Assembly (NCBI GenBank): GCA_964016885.1
Contig: OZ024743.1
Span: 48,236,001 to 48,300,000 of the forward strand
Direction of reading: 5' to 3'
Source: Eledone cirrhosa
Lineage: Eukaryota
Length of the DNA stretch: 64,000 nucleotides
Shown here piece by piece: positions 28,249 through 44,480 of the stretch (the stretch's first letter is position 1; each line of letters starts with the position of its first letter). The position numbers and the translations under genes are program-made. The notes under the pieces are model-generated. The model was not told the DNA's origin and searched no databases. It was given only the letters and a program-made list of their open reading frames with translations.

Positions 28249-28403
28249 TTCATTATTTAACGATCGTTTCTAGGATATATATGTGTTATAATTGGTATGC
28301 ATATTCAACAGATCTATGTACAAAATTATACAAAATTATACAAATTATCAAGATTAAATATACATACCAAACACATATATACGCCGTCTTCAGAAATAAT
28401 GAA
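28249..28403 (-). ncRNA. Hammerhead ribozyme with long stem II (PLE 3 sense strand)
   Basis: Reverse complement of 37558-37712. Confidence 0.78.
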
Positions 28404-29217
28404 GTATATTTATTGATAATAACAACAATTCAAAATTTCAGTTCAAAATTGACCAATGAAAACATAAAGGGTTAAATGCAGTTCGGTGTGTGTATATACA
28501 TGTAAAACCCTTACACATATTTTACAAAAATGTATGTATAATTTGTATACGCATACTAAAATGATGGATGCAAATACGAAATTTCAAGGTTAATGTCTCT
28601 GTGAGCTTACCATATGCAGATAAGATACTTATGAAATCAAGTATATAAATATATTTTTTTTCATACTCACACATATCAGTACAATCACACATACACGCGC
28701 GTATATGCATAAATATACACATAACCAAGAACATACAAACACACACACACCCCCACTCACATTTATATATGTGGATATAAAATCATAAGCAAATGGATAT
28801 TAATACACTCACATAAAACACTGGCACACACATTTCTAGATCAAGATACAGAAATTAGGTGGGAGGGGGGGGGGGAGGGGTCAGTATTCAACTGTCTGAG
28901 CAAACTGTCTAATATAAATGTATCTATAAATTAAGAAAAATAAAAAAATAAAACAATAAAATATAATAAATATAATATAATATACATACACATACAGATA
29001 TATACACATACATACATGTATGCACACATAGAAATATTTACGCATACACACATACACACATACATATACAGTCATACACACACATACACTTACACAAACA
29101 TACACATACACATATATAAAGATATATATATACACACACACACACACACGCAACACATACACACATACACATATATATAAAAATAAATAATAAAGATATA
29201 TATCTATATATATATAT

Positions 29218-29276
<59 letters not shown>

Positions 29277-29361
29277 CACACACATACATCTAAATATACA
29301 TACACATACATACCCACATACATGTACATACATGTACATACATATACGCACATCGATATAC

Positions 29362-29392
<31 letters not shown>

Positions 29393-29859
29393 CACACACA
29401 TAGACATGTAGATACATACACACACAACTTACATACACACATATATATATACATGTATATTCATACATAGAATTAGATATATAATCATACATACTTATGC
29501 ACTTACTTATACTCATATATACAAATACATACGCATCTATATATGCATATATACATAAGAGAAACTACAACCTCATCTAACTCAGACATACAAATAAAAA
29601 TAATAATAAAAAGGCATATGTATATACATACACACACGCATTAATAGAGATATATATATAGAGACACATACATACACATATATATATACCTATATATATA
29701 TATACACTTATATATATATATATATATATACATATATATACACACACATACATTCATACATATATATATATATATATATACACATAGATATCCACACACT
29801 CATACCACCATAAATACACATACAAACACCCACATATACATACATATATATATACACAC

Positions 29860-29904
<45 letters not shown>

Positions 29905-30167
29905 TAAAAAACAGACATGCACATATATATATACATTAATTACACTTATATATACACATATTATAAACACGTACACAACCTCCCTTATACATACATACAC
30001 ATAAGTTATATTATAATAATAAAGAATAATATATATATATATATATATATAAATATATATATATATACATATATATACATACATACATACACACATATAC
30101 ATACATACAAACATATACATACATAAATACACACATACTAATAAAGACATATATTCACACATAGACA

Positions 30168-30225
<58 letters not shown>

Positions 30226-31335
30226 TACACACACATATACACAGACACATATACACACTCACATATATATATATATGTGTGTGTGCGCACACACACATAT
30301 GTACACCCACACACACAAATACACATAAACACATACATATGCATACAAGCACACACACACATACATATATCACATAGATACGAAGATAAACATATAAATA
30401 GAGAGACATACATATATATACACAACACACATACATACACATACATACACACGCACATACATATACATATATATATACATATATATATTCCTATATATAC
30501 ATGCATACACATACACACACATATATACACATACATACACATATACGTATACACATTCACATACACATACATATATAATGCATATATACACATATATACA
30601 TACATATACAACCTCATATATACACACGCAATCTTACATTCATATTTGCATGCGCATATATGTATTTTTATATTTAGATATAAATACCCAAACCTATATA
30701 GACACCTACCTACATATATATTCATACATAGACGCTTACAAATACAGATGATAATAGTATGGGGGAAAGGGGGGGTTTGGAGAAGGGGATCAAAGTAAAT
30801 ATATGTTTCAAGAAACATAGAAAATTTTCCGTATTTTTATCCAATGTATGTTCTTACATATTTTCAGTGTTAGGAAATACTATGCATCTCAAAATAAATA
30901 AGTATATCATTAATCATATGTTAACTAAACCAAAGATAGTCAACATATTGATTTCTAAGGTGTAAATTAGTTAGGTTTATAATATTTGAAGCAGAATTTT
31001 GAAGTCAAACAGTAGTAGATTATTAATTACAGTATAACTAAATTAAAGTTAATAACGTTATGGTATCAATATTAGGAAATGAATTTAGTAATAGGGAAAA
31101 AAATAAAATAAAGTATTACATCGGTAGTAGAATATAAATTATATGTTAACTAAATTAAAAATTATATATTTATTTCAATAGTATATGTTAATTAGGTATA
31201 CAATACATAAAGCAGATACTGTATTTCATCAATAGCATAATATAATTATATGCAAATAGAAATCAAAATTAATACGCATACATATACATATACATACACT
31301 TACACATATACATACATATACACACACACATATAT

Positions 31336-31388
<53 letters not shown>

Positions 31389-31941
31389 TACATACACATG
31401 CACATACACACACACACATACACGTATACATATACATATCTTTTTCAAAAAAAAAAAAAAAAAAAAAAAAAATAATAATTGCATAGAATATATTAACTAG
31501 GTATAAATCCAAAACGCATCCCATTCTATGATTACATGACATTCTGCAATTCGTCTGTATGAGGATACTAATTTTAAGCAAATTAAAATTAAAATTTAAA
31601 ATTTTTAGGTTGATTAAAACTAAAACCAAATAATAAATATATTTCTAAAATGTATATTAATTAGGTCTATAATACTAAAAATTATTTCTCTGTCATTGGA
31701 TACACGATATTATTTTGTTATATTTTATCTGTAAAAGAGTTATAATAAAAGGTTTAAATAAATTAAAATTAATCTATAAATTAAATTACTAAGTATATAT
31801 TAGTAATATTTAAAGGTTTTTCACAATTTATGATTACATAATATTTTATATTCTCATCTGTAATAAAATATTAATTAAATTAAATTTATAGGTTAACTAA
31901 CATTTAAATTAAATTATATATTAATTTCTAAAATAATGTTA

Positions 31942-34374
31942 TTAATTAGGTTTATAATATTTAAATGTTTTTTTTAGTTTATGATTACACGATATAATTA
32001 ATTCCTGTCGTTTATTTAATAAGATATCCTTAGACTTCATTATTTCAAATAGTTCTTGGGAACATAATCTACATTCATTTCTATTATTTTGATAAGGGGT
32101 GGCTCTTTTGAGCACACTCCAGGTCAAATCATATTTTATATTCTTATTTTTATAACTATTGATTTTTTCTGCTAGAGATGTTGTATTAGCCAGTGCGGCA
32201 TTTTTAAAACTATGCTTGTGGGTATTAAACCTTGTCTTAAAATTGTTAGAGGTAGCTCCTATATATGAGCAAATAGAATCTTTAGTTTTAACATTACATT
32301 TATAGACTATGTTGTTAACAAGACAATTCCCTTTTAATGGGCAGTTTGCTTTGTTTCTACAGTTACATCCTTTCGTTAATTCTGTATTTGAGGAGATATT
32401 ATGGTTAATTTGATGTACTGGTGGTATACTTATGGTTTTCTTACATTTATATGTATTATATGCACTTATATTTTGTTTTATGTTATTTGTTGTAGAGTAT
32501 GAGAATTTAACTGTAGACCTATTTAAGATTTGATGGTATTTGTGGTTTGGCGGGAAGTTTTTCTCAAGGATATAAAAAAATTTTTTAGCAATATTATCCT
32601 TAACTTGTAAATTAAAAGGAGCATTATACCAAGTAACCCGTCTATTACGGTTTCTATGTTGTTTATTATTTTTATAGGTTGTATCCTGATTTTTACTAGG
32701 AGGATTAATGTTAATGATCACACCACAACTATTTTTAGTTATATTTGTAGATTTAGGTGTTTTATCTTTTTTATTAGGAGTTTTATTATTAATATTTATT
32801 ATAGTTGTATGATGAGTAGTTTTTTGAGAGTTACTATACTTTATATTAGAAGATTTAGTATTTTGGGGTATAGTGTGGGTGGCATTTAGGTGTGTACTTT
32901 TCATTTGGTGTTTGTTGGTAATATTATGTTGTATGCTTTCAGTATTTTTAGTAGAAGGTATATACTCTAATCTATTTTTGTGGCCACTTCTATCTAGAGC
33001 TTCGTTATAGAAGGTCGCATTTTTATCAAATACATCTTGGTTAGAAGAAAGGTTAGAAATTCTAAGTGATATATTATATGCAAGGTTTTTAAGGATAGAT
33101 TTAGGGTGATTAGATTGTGAGTGTATGTAATGTAAGTTTTGGTTAGGTTTATGGTAAGGTTGGTAGATACCCGTAGCTAAATCTAAAGTTATATCTAGGA
33201 AATTTACTACTTTACTTGTTTTTTCAAAAGTAATATTAAGATTATAATAGTCTTTAAGGAAAGTTCTAATATGTTTTTTGTTTTTTTCGATTTCTGAAAG
33301 GCTAAGGTTGTTAGAAAGAAGAAGACAGTCATCACGATATAAACCACCTTTGAGGTGGGGAAAAGAGGCATTTATGTTGAAAAGGAGAAAGAGGCCCACA
33401 AGATCAGTAATTTGGGCGGAATCGCTTGAACCCATAGTAATATCAAAAAGATTACTGTATGTGTTTCTGGTCCAGTATTCATTCTGAAATTCAATAAGTG
33501 TTAGTCTAGCATGTGTAATAATGTTAATGTCATCCAAAGTTAAATTAGATCTATTTTTAGCAAATATCAATGCTTTGTTCAGGAGTATAGGTGATATAGA
33601 AGAATAGTAATTATCTATATCAAATTGTAGGAAAGAAGCAGAAGATTTACACCTAATATTTTTAAACCAGTTAATTACCTGGGAGGTGTTTTCCCAGAGT
33701 GGTAAAATAACGTGTTTTCTTATTTGTGGGATGACTCTATCTAAAATTTTTTTGCTAATTATTCCAATATCTGATTTGGAGGGACATATAAGTCTAATAG
33801 AAGGATTTGAGTTAAAGTTAGATTTGTGATCTTTCAGGTTGAAGTGTGGTCTTTTCAATGCCAAAGGTTCAGTTCTATCTTCAATGTTTAGTTTTTTTAC
33901 TATGTTGTGTGTTTTGTTGTTGATGTTGGTGAGTGACACATTATTAGATTTTTTATAATTTTTTCTGAGTTCTTTATATATGAACTCGTTATAATGTTCA
34001 ATATCCATATGATACAAATTACCAGTTTTGTCCGAGTGGACATGGATTTTTTTAGACTTTTTTAGGTCCAATAGGGTAGAATCAAGGTCCTTTTGAAAGA
34101 CGGATTTATACTTTTTAAATTTGAGGTGTTTAATTAAATTAAAAAGGTCTTTCTCGAAGTCTTCAAGTAAAAAGTTATGTGGTGGATTCTTGTAAGTATT
34201 GAAATCATACATATATTTCCGATCTGCTTGTTTAGATTTTCTATCGAAGTGGTAGGCTCTCCATCTAACCCTTCTGATAAAATTATTAGTTTTCTGAATC
34301 ATAAGGAGTAAGAAGTCGTCCTTAGAAGGTATTGGTATGTTTTTCAAGGAGGTTCCTAAATATTGTTTTTCCAT
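31942..34374 (-). CDS. Apparently full-length PLE RT/GIY-YIG protein (810 aa from ATG, Hydra-clade-like)
   Basis: MEKQYLGTSLKNIPIPS, RVRWRA, SDKTGN, LKDHK, RLICPSKS, QFDIDNYYSSI, FDITMGS, GLYRDD, CNCRNKANCPLKGNC, IVYKC...YIG..FKTRFNTH, CRLC...KRQE...CNH. Uninterrupted. Confidence 0.93.
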   Translation of the reverse strand: MEKQYLGTSLKNIPIPSKDDFLLLMIQKTNNFIRRVRWRAYHFDRKSKQADRKYMYDFNTYKNPPHNFLLEDFEKDLFNLIKHLKFKKYKSVFQKDLDSTLLDLKKSKKIHVHSDKTGNLYHMDIEHYNEFIYKELRKNYKKSNNVSLTNINNKTHNIVKKLNIEDRTEPLALKRPHFNLKDHKSNFNSNPSIRLICPSKSDIGIISKKILDRVIPQIRKHVILPLWENTSQVINWFKNIRCKSSASFLQFDIDNYYSSISPILLNKALIFAKNRSNLTLDDINIITHARLTLIEFQNEYWTRNTYSNLFDITMGSSDSAQITDLVGLFLLFNINASFPHLKGGLYRDDCLLLSNNLSLSEIEKNKKHIRTFLKDYYNLNITFEKTSKVVNFLDITLDLATGIYQPYHKPNQNLHYIHSQSNHPKSILKNLAYNISLRISNLSSNQDVFDKNATFYNEALDRSGHKNRLEYIPSTKNTESIQHNITNKHQMKSTHLNATHTIPQNTKSSNIKYSNSQKTTHHTTIININNKTPNKKDKTPKSTNITKNSCGVIININPPSKNQDTTYKNNKQHRNRNRRVTWYNAPFNLQVKDNIAKKFFYILEKNFPPNHKYHQILNRSTVKFSYSTTNNIKQNISAYNTYKCKKTISIPPVHQINHNISSNTELTKGCNCRNKANCPLKGNCLVNNIVYKCNVKTKDSICSYIGATSNNFKTRFNTHKHSFKNAALANTTSLAEKINSYKNKNIKYDLTWSVLKRATPYQNNRNECRLCSQELFEIMKSKDILLNKRQELIISCNHKLKKTFKYYKPN

Positions 34375-34438
34375 TGTGATATGGATGATGGACAATTGAA
34401 AGAGCTCAACTAAATGTATATGGGTTTACAAAATCATA

Positions 34439-34563
34439 TATACCTAGTTAATATATTCTATGCAATTATTATTTTTTTTTTTTTTTTTTTTTTGAAAAAG
34501 ATATGTATATGTATACGTGTATGTGTATGTGTGTGTGTGTGTGTGTATGTGCATGTGTATGTA

Positions 34564-34614
<51 letters not shown>

Positions 34615-35740
34615 ATATATGTGTGTGTGTATATGTATGTATATGTGTAAGTGTATGTATATGTATATGTATGCGTATTAATTTTGATTTCTATTTGCAT
34701 ATAATTATATTATGCTATTGATGAAATACAGTATCTGCTTTATGTATTGTATACCTAATTAACATATACTATTGAAATAAATATATAATTTTTAATTTAG
34801 TTAACATATAATTTATATTCTACTACCGATGTAATACTTTATTTTATTTTTTTCCCTATTACTAAATTCATTTCCTAATATTGATACCATAACGTTATTA
34901 ACTTTAATTTAGTTATACTGTAATTAATAATCTACTACTGTTTGACTTCAAAATTCTGCTTCAAATATTATAAACCTAACTAATTTACACCTTAGAAATC
35001 AATATGTTGACTATCTTTGGTTTAGTTAACATATGATTAATGATATACTTATTTATTTTGAGATGCATAGTATTTCCTAACACTGAAAATATGTAAGAAC
35101 ATACATTGGATAAAAATACGGAAAATTTTCTATGTTTCTTGAAACATATATTTACTTTGATCCCCTTCTCCAAACCCCCCCTTTCCCCCATACTATTATC
35201 ATCTGTATTTGTAAGCGTCTATGTATGAATATATATGTAGGTAGGTGTCTATATAGGTTTGGGTATTTATATCTAAATATAAAAATACATATATGCGCAT
35301 GCAAATATGAATGTAAGATTGCGTGTGTATATATGAGGTTGTATATGTATGTATATATGTGTATATATGCATTATATATGTATGTGTATGTGAATGTGTA
35401 TACGTATATGTGTATGTATGTGTATATATGTGTGTGTATGTGTATGCATGTATATATAGGAATATATATATGTATATATATATGTATATGTATGTGCGTG
35501 TGTATGTATGTGTATGTATGTGTGTTGTGTATATATATGTATGTCTCTCTATTTATATGTTTATCTTCGTATCTATGTGATATATGTATGTGTGTGTGTG
35601 TGCTTGTATGCATATGTATGTGTTTATGTGTATTTGTGTGTGTGGGTGTACATATGTGTGTGTGCGCACACACACATATATATATATATGTGAGTGTGTA
35701 TATGTGTCTGTGTATATGTGTGTGTATATATGTGTATATA

Positions 35741-35790
<50 letters not shown>

Positions 35791-35902
35791 TGTCTATGTG
35801 TGAATATATGTCTTTATTAGTATGTGTGTATTTATGTATGTATATGTTTGTATGTATGTATATGTGTGTATGTATGTATGTATATATATGTATATATATA
35901 TA

Positions 35903-35939
<37 letters not shown>

Positions 35940-36059
35940 CTTTATTATTATAATATAACTTATGTGTATGTATGTATAAGGGAGGTTGTGTACGTGTTTA
36001 TAATATGTGTATATATAAGTGTAATTAATGTATATATATATGTGCATGTCTGTTTTTTA

Positions 36060-36102
<43 letters not shown>

Positions 36103-36571
36103 GTGTGTATATATATATGTATGTATATGTGGGTGTTTGTATGTGTATTTATGGTGGTATGAGTGTGTGGATATCTATGTGTATATATATATATATATAT
36201 ATATGTATGAATGTATGTGTGTGTATATATATGTATATATATATATATATATATAAGTGTATATATATATATAGGTATATATATATGTGTATGTATGTGT
36301 CTCTATATATATATCTCTATTAATGCGTGTGTGTATGTATATACATATGCCTTTTTATTATTATTTTTATTTGTATGTCTGAGTTAGATGAGGTTGTAGT
36401 TTCTCTTATGTATATATGCATATATAGATGCGTATGTATTTGTATATATGAGTATAAGTAAGTGCATAAGTATGTATGATTATATATCTAATTCTATGTA
36501 TGAATATACATGTATATATATATGTGTGTATGTAAGTTGTGTGTGTATGTATCTACATGTCTATGTGTGTG

Positions 36572-36602
<31 letters not shown>

Positions 36603-36687
36603 GTATATCGATGTGCGTATATGTATGTACATGTATGTACATGTATGTGGGTATGTATGTGTATGTATATTTAGATGTATGTGTGTG

Positions 36688-36750
<63 letters not shown>

Positions 36751-37900
36751 ATATATATATATAGATATATATCTTTATTATTTATTTTTATATATATGTG
36801 TATGTGTGTATGTGTTGCGTGTGTGTGTGTGTGTATATATATATCTTTATATATGTGTATGTGTATGTTTGTGTAAGTGTATGTGTGTGTATGACTGTAT
36901 ATGTATGTGTGTATGTGTGTATGCGTAAATATTTCTATGTGTGCATACATGTATGTATGTGTATATATCTGTATGTGTATGTATATTATATTATATTTAT
37001 TATATTTTATTGTTTTATTTTTTTATTTTTCTTAATTTATAGATACATTTATATTAGACAGTTTGCTCAGACAGTTGAATACTGACCCCTCCCCCCCCTC
37101 CCACCTAATTTCTGTATCTTGATCTAGAAATGTGTGTGCCAGTGTTTTATGTGAGTGTATTAATATCCATTTGCTTATGATTTTATATCCACATATATAA
37201 ATGTGAGTGGGGGTGTGTGTGTGTTTGTATGTTCTTGGTTATGTGTATATTTATGCATATACGCGCGTGTATGTGTGATTGTACTGATATGTGTGAGTAT
37301 GAAAAAATATATTTATATACTTGATTTCATAAGTATCTTATCTGCATATGGTAAGCTCACAGAGACATTAACCTTGAAATTTCGTATTTGCATCCATCAT
37401 TTTAGTATGCGTATACAAATTATACATACATTTTTGTAAAATATGTGTAAGGGTTTTACATGTATATACACACACCGAACTGCATTTAACCCTTTATGTT
37501 TTCATTGGTCAATTTTGAACTGAAATTTTGAATTGTTGTTATTATCAATAAATATACTTCATTATTTCTGAAGACGGCGTATATATGTGTTTGGTATGTA
37601 TATTTAATCTTGATAATTTGTATAATTTTGTATAATTTTGTACATAGATCTGTTGAATATGCATACCAATTATAACACATATATATCCTAGAAACGATCG
37701 TTAAATAATGAACTTTTTTTGTTTAATATAAGGAATTGTTTGTTCATTATTTGTTTAATATTTTATCTTGACTCTGTATACCGTTTATCTTTCACCGAAA
37801 GTCGTTTTTCATTGCATCTCTTCTTTCCATGATATCCGGAATACATTGAGTTCTTCATACGGATTGGACACTACCGTAAACTCTTGGTAGATTTATCTAC
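34439..37900 (+). repeat. Inverted copy of the PLE 3 3'UTR/pLTR plus a 134-bp extension
   Basis: 34439-37766 mirrors 28195-31505, differing mainly in microsatellite and homopolymer lengths. 37767-37900 is unique. Confidence 0.93.
37558..37712 (+). ncRNA. Type I hammerhead ribozyme with a 116-nt stem II
   Basis: TTCATTATTT-CTGAAGA-[37575-37690]-GAAA-CGATCG-TT-AAATAATGAA. 10-bp stem I, palindrome ACGATCGT. Confidence 0.8.
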
Positions 37901-37980
37901 ATATATATATATATATGTATATATATAAAATATTAAACAAATAATGAATAAACAATTCCTTATATTAAACAAAAAAAGTT

Positions 37981-38129
37981 CATTATTTAACGATCGTTTC
38001 TAGGATATATATGTGTTAGAATTGGTATGCATATTCAACAGATCTATGTACAAAATTATACAAAATTATACAAATTATCAAGATTAAATATACATACCAA
38101 CACATATATACGCCGTCTTCAGAAATAAT
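37981..38129 (-). ncRNA. Third copy of the long-stem-II hammerhead
   Basis: Same sequence, truncated within the 5' strand of stem I. Confidence 0.75.
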
Positions 38130-40172
<2,043 letters not shown>

Positions 40173-41128
40173 AAAATCAGTAGTGGGGGAGGGTGCTCTG
40201 CAAGTACTGTAGGTAGAGTCAGAACTGGTTGGAAAAAGTTCAGAGAGCTTATACCACTATTAGCTGCTAAAGGGTTCTCCCTACAAATGAAAGGCAGGTT
40301 GTACGATGCCTGCATACGAACAGCAATGCTGCATGGCAGTGAGACCTGGGCATTGTGTGCAGAGGATATACGCAGACTAGAGAGGAACGAAGCTTGCATG
40401 CTCCGCTGGATGTGTAACAGTAATATACGTGAACGGCAAAGCATAAACGAACTAAGGAAAAAATTAGAGATAAGAGGGATCAGATGTTGTTTACTCGAGA
40501 GAAGGCTACGTTGGTATGGACACGTGATGCGCATGAAAGTCGATAGCTGTATAACAAAGTGCAGGGCAATAAAGATAGACGGTAGCCACGGAATAGGCAG
40601 ACCTAGAAAAACCTGGGACGAGCTGATAAACTCCGACATCACACACTTACACCTCTCCAAGACAATGTCACTGGACCGAGACCTTTGGCGGTACTCAGTA
40701 ACAGAGAAGACCCGCCTTACCTAAATATATAGTAAAACCTACTCCAACCAGTAGGCATCTCTAACAAAATACACCCCGTCCCACCACCACCACCCCCACC
40801 CCATCCACACCACCCCGTTCTATGTAAAGTTATGTTGGTGCCGCGCCATAGGCCGAAACAAATGAGATCGTGTAGGTGTCACGACAAAAAAAACACACAG
40901 TCCACGCTGTAATGTGGCCGTGTAGGCAACACGGTAAAAACCTCCCAGACCCACACTGTAAATGTGGTTGGTGTTAGGAAGGGCATCCAACTGTAGAAAA
41001 CCTGCCAGACAGTCCTATGCGAGCAAGACAATCACTCTTGCCTCAAGTGGGACTACCCCCGTCCAAACCCATGCAAGCGTGGAACACGGACGTTAAACGT
41101 TGATGATGATGATGATGATGATGATGAT
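40173..41128 (+). mobile_element. 5'-truncated RTE LINE (family A)
   Basis: KISSGGGC...KTRLT* (stop at 40724), full 3'UTR and (TGA)n tail. Both ends in (TA)n. Confidence 0.93.
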
Positions 41129-43115
<1,987 letters not shown>

Positions 43116-44167
43116 ATGAGGGACGTATTTTATTACATGTTACCATGTGCTACCTGCAGTATTTTTCTCTATATTTTAATACATATATTTACCACTGCGA
43201 TTCTGTGTTTTTTTCTCTCTCTCTTACTGTTCCCCCATTCTCTCTGTTTCTCCCCCTCTGTCTTGTCCGTTAACTCTTCCTCACACTTTCACTCACTCAC
43301 TGTTTTTCTCCCTCTTCTCTTCATTTCATCCTGCACTCACGGACGCTATTTTTTCTCTCTCTGCTCAATGGCTTTCGTTCGTGCTGGACTATTCTTTCCC
43401 TAACGCTCATATATTCACCTAGCTTACGCTAACAGAATAATTTTTGAAGCTTGTTTCTCTCCCACGGTATGCTATCTTTTCTGTTGTTCTCCCGTCTCAC
43501 TCGCTTTACGCGTTTTAATTGTCCTAATAACTTATTTTGGTTATTATTGCACCGAAGTGAGATATATGATTTTTAATGCAATGAAATATCTATGATCTTC
43601 GGCAAATCACTGATGAGGGACGTATTTTATTACATGTTACCATGTGCTACCTGCAGTATTTTTCTCTATATTTTAATACATCTATTTACCACTGCGATTC
43701 TGTGTTTTTTTCTCTCTCTCTTACTGTTCCCCCATTCTCTCTGTTTCTCCCCCTCTGTCTTGTCCGTTAACTCTTCCTCACACTTTCACTCACTCACTGT
43801 TTTTCTCCCTCTTCTCTTCATTTCATCCTGCACTCACGGACGCTATTTTTTCTCTCTCTGCTCAATGGCTTTCGTTCGTGCTGGACTATTCTTTCCCTAA
43901 CGCTCATATATTCACCTAGCTTACGCTAACAGAATAATTTTTGAAGCTTGTTTCTCTCCCACGGTATGCTATCTTTTCTGTTGTTCTCCCGTCTCACTCG
44001 CTTTACGCGTTTTAATTGTCCTAATAACTTATTTTGGTTATTATTGCACCGAAGTGAGATATATGATTTTTAATGCAATGAAATATCTATGATCTTCGGC
44101 AAATCACTGATGAGGGACGTATTTTATTACATGTTACCATGTGCTACCTGCAGTATTTTTCTCTATA

Positions 44168-44175
<8 letters not shown>
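43116..44175. repeat. 497-bp tandem repeat, ~2.1 copies, embedded in (TA)n
   Basis: TGAGGGACGTATTTT recurs at 43117, 43614 and 44111. Copies are nearly identical. Confidence 0.95.
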
Positions 44176-44212
<37 letters not shown>

Positions 44213-44249
44213 GTATGTAAATATATATGTATATGTGTGTGTGTGTGTG

Positions 44250-44480
44250 AAATGGTATTTACAGCTCACACTTATGCAAATTTAACTGACCCCCTATAAA
44301 GTTGTATCTCATAGGTTGGACAGAGGGAGTGGGGTAATAATAGCAGCCCTAGTCAGTCCTATCTTGCAAAGCTACATGAAATGAAGGGTTTTGCTCAAGA
44401 ACACAATGCATCGCTTGACCAGGACTGAAAGCAGCAACCTTATGATGCTGAATTCAATATCCTAACTATTAGGCCATGCA
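44250..44480 (-). mobile_element. Degenerate tRNA/CORE-like SINE (relatives at 56829-57105, ~60055-60255, ~62180-62395)
   Basis: Shared CTTGAGCAA...CTTCATTTCA and TATGAGAT.CAAC...GTGTGAGCTGTAAAT. Confidence 0.6.

Larger units (their letters stand above)
28195..38129 (-). mobile_element. Penelope-like element 3: ORF, ~3.7-kb 3'UTR, inverted pLTR and an extra inverted fragment
   Basis: Inverted repeat 28195-31505 / 34439-37766 around the ORF. Third partial copy at 37925-38129. Flanked by (TA)n. Confidence 0.92.

Noticed and set aside
30761-30790. G-rich tracts as an RNA G-quadruplex (also 28858-28880)
   Set aside because: They are C-rich on the element's sense strand, with no evidence of function.
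31942-34374. Selenoprotein-encoding (Naiad-type) PLE
   Set aside because: The endonuclease is C-terminal and there are no in-frame TGA codons.
28195-37766. DNA transposon or Polinton with 3.3-kb TIRs
   Set aside because: The enclosed ORF is RT plus GIY-YIG and the arms are its 3'UTR. No transposase or integrase.
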